A DNA stretch of 63,774 nt, the filler included, from Rhizaria sp. SCN 62-66 (lineage: Eukaryota), in assembly GCA_001724265.1 (NCBI GenBank). It is 2 parts of 2 records of this genome, joined end to end, with 100 filler letters (N's around TTAATTAATTAA, not from the genome) between each part and the next. Parts side by side here need not be neighbours in the genome. Positions count along the whole stretch, not along the records: positions 31,963 to 63,774 come from MEDY01000351.1; 1 more part is not named here. The stretch is one strand, 5' to 3'. A program made the translations under genes and the position numbers. This document shows, piece by piece, positions 59,120-63,774 of the stretch. Under the pieces are notes generated by a model. The model was not told the DNA's origin. It worked only from the letters and a program-made list of their open reading frames with translations, and ran no database searches. Numbering within the stretch: position 1 is the first letter of the stretch; the number at the start of each line of letters is the position of its first letter.

Positions 59120-62100
59120 ATGGAGGTACGCTTTTACAAGATTTTAATGAAAACGCCTTGAATACCTGTAATGACAACCAAAAAACAATCTTGCTGATTT
59201 GATTGTTTCATATAACTCTATGATTGTCTCTACATCGTAGGACTTCGACTCAGTTCTCATGGGCACTTCGGGCGCGGACCTAATGTCCGGTGCCTTGGTC
59301 CCTTCCGAGGGCTCCGCACCTGCCTCTGCTGAGATGGCCTTTCTGGAGCAGCTCGCTGAGGTGGCTGCGCAGGCTGTGTACGATGACGACCGCGGTGCTG
59401 AGTTTATCGAACACCACATCGCGATCTGGGATATGCGCCGCGGCACCGAGAGCGACACGCTCACTCGTGGTGACTTCCCGCCCCTGCCCGCGTCGCTGCC
59501 GCCGTCCCTTGCGCGCCAGCGCCAGGAGCTTGTCTTGTTCTGCGCAGAGAACGAGCTCCGCACGTGGGTACTGTTGCGGCACCTGCGTAAGGTCGAGGAG
59601 ATCGTGGCCACCGAGGCCTACGCTGCTATTCGCGCCGCACCCTTCCCCGCGCCCGCCGCGGCGGCCTTCTCGCCCGCGCGCGTCGCAGAGGCCTGCATTC
59701 AGCGTGATCCTGAGCTGCTGCGCTGCCAGGCCGTGCTGGACTGGCTAGAGTAGACAGTCGCCGACGCCGACGCCGCTGCCGCCGCCGCCACGTCAGCCGC
59801 ATTGCCGTCGCTGTCATACCGCCCCACGCTCACGCGCCTCAGCGCGCTTAAGGCCGTCGCAGGCGCGGACCTGCCGTACGCCGACGTGGACGCCGGCGCG
59901 GCGCTGCTGGACCCGCGCGACGCCGAGGCCGAGACGCAGGCGCTGCGGGCGTCGTGGCGCCACCTGCGCGCGGGCCGCGGCGACCGCGCCGTCGCAGACT
60001 GCGCCGCCGTCGGGCTCGGCTGGCGCGCCGCGCTGCTCGCCGGTTCCGGCGACGCCATGTTCGACGTCACGGCCACAGGAAGCGTGCGTGGGAATCTTTC
60101 CTACGCGCTTTTCAAGCAACACATGCGCGCTCTTGCGCTTGGTGTGCCGTACCCCGCGACCGGCGCTGGCAGCAGCACCAGCGCGAGTTCGAGTGCGGCG
60201 CCGGGCAGCGCGCTGGCACTGGAGCGGGCCATCTTCGGCGTCCTCTCCGGCGCGCCGGGCCCCGCGCTGGCGGCCAGTGCGGACTGGACGGACGCGACCT
60301 GGGCGCTGTTCAAGTGCCTGGTGACCTCGACGGTCGACGCCGAGGTCGCGCGCGTCGTTGCCTCGCACGCCGCCGCCGCGGCCACCGCTACGACCGCGGC
60401 CGCGATGGGTGACTGTGCGGCCCCGCGCCGTGGCAGCGCCGGCGTGCTGTGCAGCGACGCAGACGACGAGGACGCGGACCCAATTCTGTCGTGGTCCGTC
60501 GCGCGGCACGAGTACTCGCCCAGCTACGCCACCGCCGCGGGCGGCGCCGGCGCGCAGGCCAGAGTGTTTGCCGCCGCGGCCGCGTACGACCCCGATGTGT
60601 TCGCGTGCCCGCCGCCGACGGTGGACGCGCGCTGCGCTGACGCCGCGGCCGCGCTGGCCGAGGCGCGCCGCCGCTTCGCGCTGCCCGCCAACGACGCCGA
60701 CGCGCGCTTGCTCTTTGCGCCCGCCGCCGCGCCATCGGCCGCCGCCGCGCTCAGCGCCAGCAGCGCCAGCATCGCTGACGCGGGCGTGAGCGAGGGCGAC
60801 GACGCGGGCGCCGATGCTGCGGCCACCACTCAGTCTCCGTTGTCGTTCCTGGCCACTACGTACCGCGTGTTGCAAGAGCTCCTCATCCTAGGCCGCTACG
60901 CAGAGGCCGAGGCGCTGCTTGCGCGCAGGCTCACCGCCGTCGCTAAGGCCGCCGGCGTCGCCGCGCCTGCTCCCGCCGCCGCTGACGCCGCTGCCGCTGC
61001 CGACGCCGCTGCGGCCGCATCGGGCGCAATGACGCTGTCCGTCGGCGCGGGCGCTTTCTCTTTCGCCGCCAGCGGCAACACCAACAACAGCAGCGGCGGT
61101 GCCAACGCCGCGCTGTACGCGGCTGCGCTGCCGGGCCTCTCCGCGCTCGCCGCGCACCTGAGCCTGTACCTGTTCAAGGGCGTTCCGCAGCGCGCGACGG
61201 CGACCGCGGCGGGCACGCGCGCGCTGCGCACGCACGCTCTCGTGCTCGCGCGCGGCGGCTGCGACGCCGCCGTGCCGGTCTACTGCGACCTGCTGCCGCC
61301 CGCGGCCATGGTGGCGCACTACGCGGCCTACCTTTCGGCGTTGGGCACGACCGAGGAGCAGCGCGAGATGCTGCGCGAGGCCGGCCGCTTCCCGCGGCTG
61401 CGTGCGCAGGTGCTGCCCATCACCAAGCTGCTCGTGCAGACCGTGCTCACGGCCTCGGAGCTCGCAGACCTCGCCACGTCCCGCCTCGGTTACGACGGTG
61501 ACGACGACGAGGCCGGCGTCGACGCCATCGCTGAGGCTGCCGGCGCTGGCGCCCGCAGCGGGCTCTTCGGCGCCGCGACGCCCCAGTCCGCCGCCGCCCC
61601 GGGCCGCAAGTCCAAGAGCGGGTTTGCCAACGCCACCGGGGCGGGCACGCTGTTCGCCGCGACTCCGGCTCGCGCGGGCGCCGGCGCCACGCCCCGCGGG
61701 CCCTTCGGCTCCGCAGCGGCGCGCTCGGCTGCCGGCGCGGGTCACCGCAATACTGGCCATGGCAGCCAGTTCAACACCCCTGTCGTGCGTCTCAACTTCT
61801 CCTCCCCCGGCGCCAACAGTGCGACGCCCGCCGGCGCGACACCCGCTGTGGCTCCCGGTGCGCTGATGGCGTCACCGGGCGGCCGCGGCGCGTTCCTGGC
61901 GTCGTCCGCGGTCGTCGCGGCCGACACTGAAGTTTCTGCGGGCGACGCGCAGAAGATCGCCGTCGTCTCCTGCTTCGAGGCCGACACGGCGGGCCCTGCG
62001 CATATCCTCGAGGCGCTGCTGCATACCAACGCGCTGTCGCGCTACTTCGTCTTTGAGGGCAAGCTGGGCGCGGCGCGCGAGCTGGCGCGGCACTCGACCC

Positions 62101-63050
62101 CGCTCGCGGCGGCTGCGGAGGCGCGGTTGGGCGGTGAGATGGCGGCCGCGGTCGACCCCGCCACGGGCGACGCGCTCGTACGCGCGCTCATCGCCGAGCA
62201 CCCGCCGCAGACCGCCGCCAAGCCCGGCGTGGTGTCTGCCGCGGCCGTGGAGGCGATCGCGGCGGCCGAGGCGCGTGCCAACGCGGGCCGCGAGCTGCTG
62301 TCGTGGCGCTATTTCCTCACCTGTCTCGACTGGCTCGAGGCGTGGCGCGTGCACCACGCAGCCCGCCCCGCGCCGCTGCTCTGCGTGCCTGACGCGGCCC
62401 CCGAGGGCTTTGCGGTCGCCGGCGCGGTGCAGGGCTCCGAGGTTGAGGTCCTGCGGGTTGCGCCTGGGCCCAACGCCTCGCTCCGGAGGCAACAGGAGGC
62501 TGTCCGCCGCGCGCAGGAATACGCGTACGTTTGAACACAACTCGATAATATCTTTAGATTTCGCAATATTGTTGTCACATTCAATATTATATCATGTTAC
62601 CACCTTGTGTATTTTATTTTTAAAACTTCCTAATCTTTTTGCCATTTGTTCTCTTTTAGCGAGTGGGACGCGATAGACAAGGACAACGCTGAGAGCCTTC
62701 TCGACTCCTTCGTGCAGACCCTCACATTTCCGGGCGGCTGGCTGCTCGACTGCGCGCTGCCGGGTTCTCTCGTGGCGCAGACGCCCGAGCGTTTGGCCGA
62801 GACCCGAGCGCTGCGCCGCGCGTGCGTCCCGCAGCTGTGTCTGATGCTGCTGCGCGTGTGCCTCGAGAGCGGCCTCCACGCCCGTGCCCGCGCGGTCGTC
62901 GCTCTCATCGTCGACCCGCAGCACGCACTGTCGCGCGCGTTTGCCCCGCTCGAGCTTTCGCACGCGCTGCGCATGGCAGCCGAGATCCAGCTCAGCGCCG
63001 AGATCGCAGGCGGCGAGGCCGCCGTGGCGCCTGAGCTGGTGGCCGAGTGA
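59120..63050 (+). CDS. NUP107: Nucleoporin Nup107/Nup84, join(59120..59125,59241..62524,62660..63050), ~1226 aa, with one in-frame TAG at 59751-59753
   Basis: Nup107 motifs ENELRTWVLL, QAVLDWLE, LDPRD...WRHLRAG, GLGWRAALLAG, LERAIFGVLSG, DWTDATWALF, GGWLLD...LRRACVPQLCLML. Introns 59126..59240 and 62525..62659 (GTACG...TAG). TGA stop. Confidence 0.88.
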
Positions 63051-63642
63051 GCTTTCGCACAATGTGCGCGCTTAAAGCGTGACGGATAGAATCAAGTCAC
63101 TCATATGCCTATTATAGAGAGGGCCATATGTACATAATAAATCTTATATTTTATTTTCGCTTTGATATGTCCCTTTCTTTAAGTACTTTCATTCATTTTT
63201 CCCTGTCAAGACTCACACAGCTGCTCACAGTCACCTGCTTTGCTCACGGTCATTTCCCGATGAGCGACTGACGCCAGCCGCTCACGGTCGTCTCGCATCG
63301 TGGGACTGTCCGCACTTTCGAAGAGGTATTGTGGCCCTGTTTTAGCTTTCTTTGACGTGTTGATTTATGTCCCTATAGGTGTACATGATATTTGTCTTGT
63401 TTTGATTTCCGCGCAGGTAACAACCGAAGACTAGCCCTCCTTCAGAAGCACGAAAGCTCTGGAATGGTGCGACTCTGAACTGAGTACGAGAGTCGTTCTT
63501 TCCGTCTCTGCTCTGATCTCCCACACATGCGGTGATCTTGCCACGCGTTGTATTCCTTTATTTCACCCTATATTTATTTCTTTTCACACCTTTTCTGTCC
63601 TCGTTCCCCTTTTCTGCCGTCCCCACTGTAGCCTCGCACAAC

Positions 63643-63774
63643 ATGGGTCGTATGTACTCCTCTGGTAAGGGTATTTCCCGCTCCTCCCTCCCCTACAAGC
63701 GCACTGCGCCCACCTGGAACAAGGTGACCGCCAACGCCGCCAAGGACGAGATCTTCAAGCTCGCTCGCAAGGGT
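63643..63774 (+). CDS. RPS13: 40S ribosomal protein S13 (uS15), 5' part
   Basis: MGRMYSSGKGISRSSLPYKRTAPTWNKVTANAAKDEIFKLARKG, preceded by a pyrimidine tract and TGTAG (likely a 5'UTR intron acceptor at 63630-63631). Confidence 0.95.
   Translation, partial: MGRMYSSGKGISRSSLPYKRTAPTWNKVTANAAKDEIFKLARKG

Noticed and set aside
59751-59753. Pyrrolysine or selenocysteine recoding as the explanation for the internal stops
   Set aside because: Sec uses UGA, Pyl is not known from eukaryotic nuclei, and the sites are non-catalytic positions in unrelated proteins.
63340-63540. Possible box C/D snoRNA (U14-like) upstream of RPS13
   Set aside because: There are only weak ATGATA/CTGA matches, with no recognisable rRNA guide or terminal stem.

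Overview
GC-rich eukaryotic (protist-like) nuclear DNA with very GC/Ala-rich exons and short AT-rich GT-AG introns (115-229 nt). A 100-nt artificial spacer (N44-TTAATTAATTAA-N44, 31863-31962) joins two contigs. I can support about 12 protein genes: the WDR24/SEA2 3' end, an importin-alpha-like ARM protein, a 4x RanBP2-zinc-finger + BRCT protein, a giant CCCH zinc-finger protein, an ABCF ATPase, a SAP30-like protein, a partial TM-RGS protein, a giant cytosolic carboxypeptidase, a giant DEP(+DUF547-like) protein, PDRG1, NUP107 and the start of RPS13. The main finding is an apparent non-standard genetic code. Six in-frame TAG codons interrupt four otherwise continuous reading frames, including conserved NUP107. 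All ten gene ends I can place use TAA (5) or TGA (5), and no TAA/TGA occurs inside modelled exons. This points to UAG alone being read as sense (Gln weakly favoured, Leu not excluded). Readthrough, RNA editing or CAG>TAG errors remain alternatives. Family assignments come from motif recognition by eye, not database searches.
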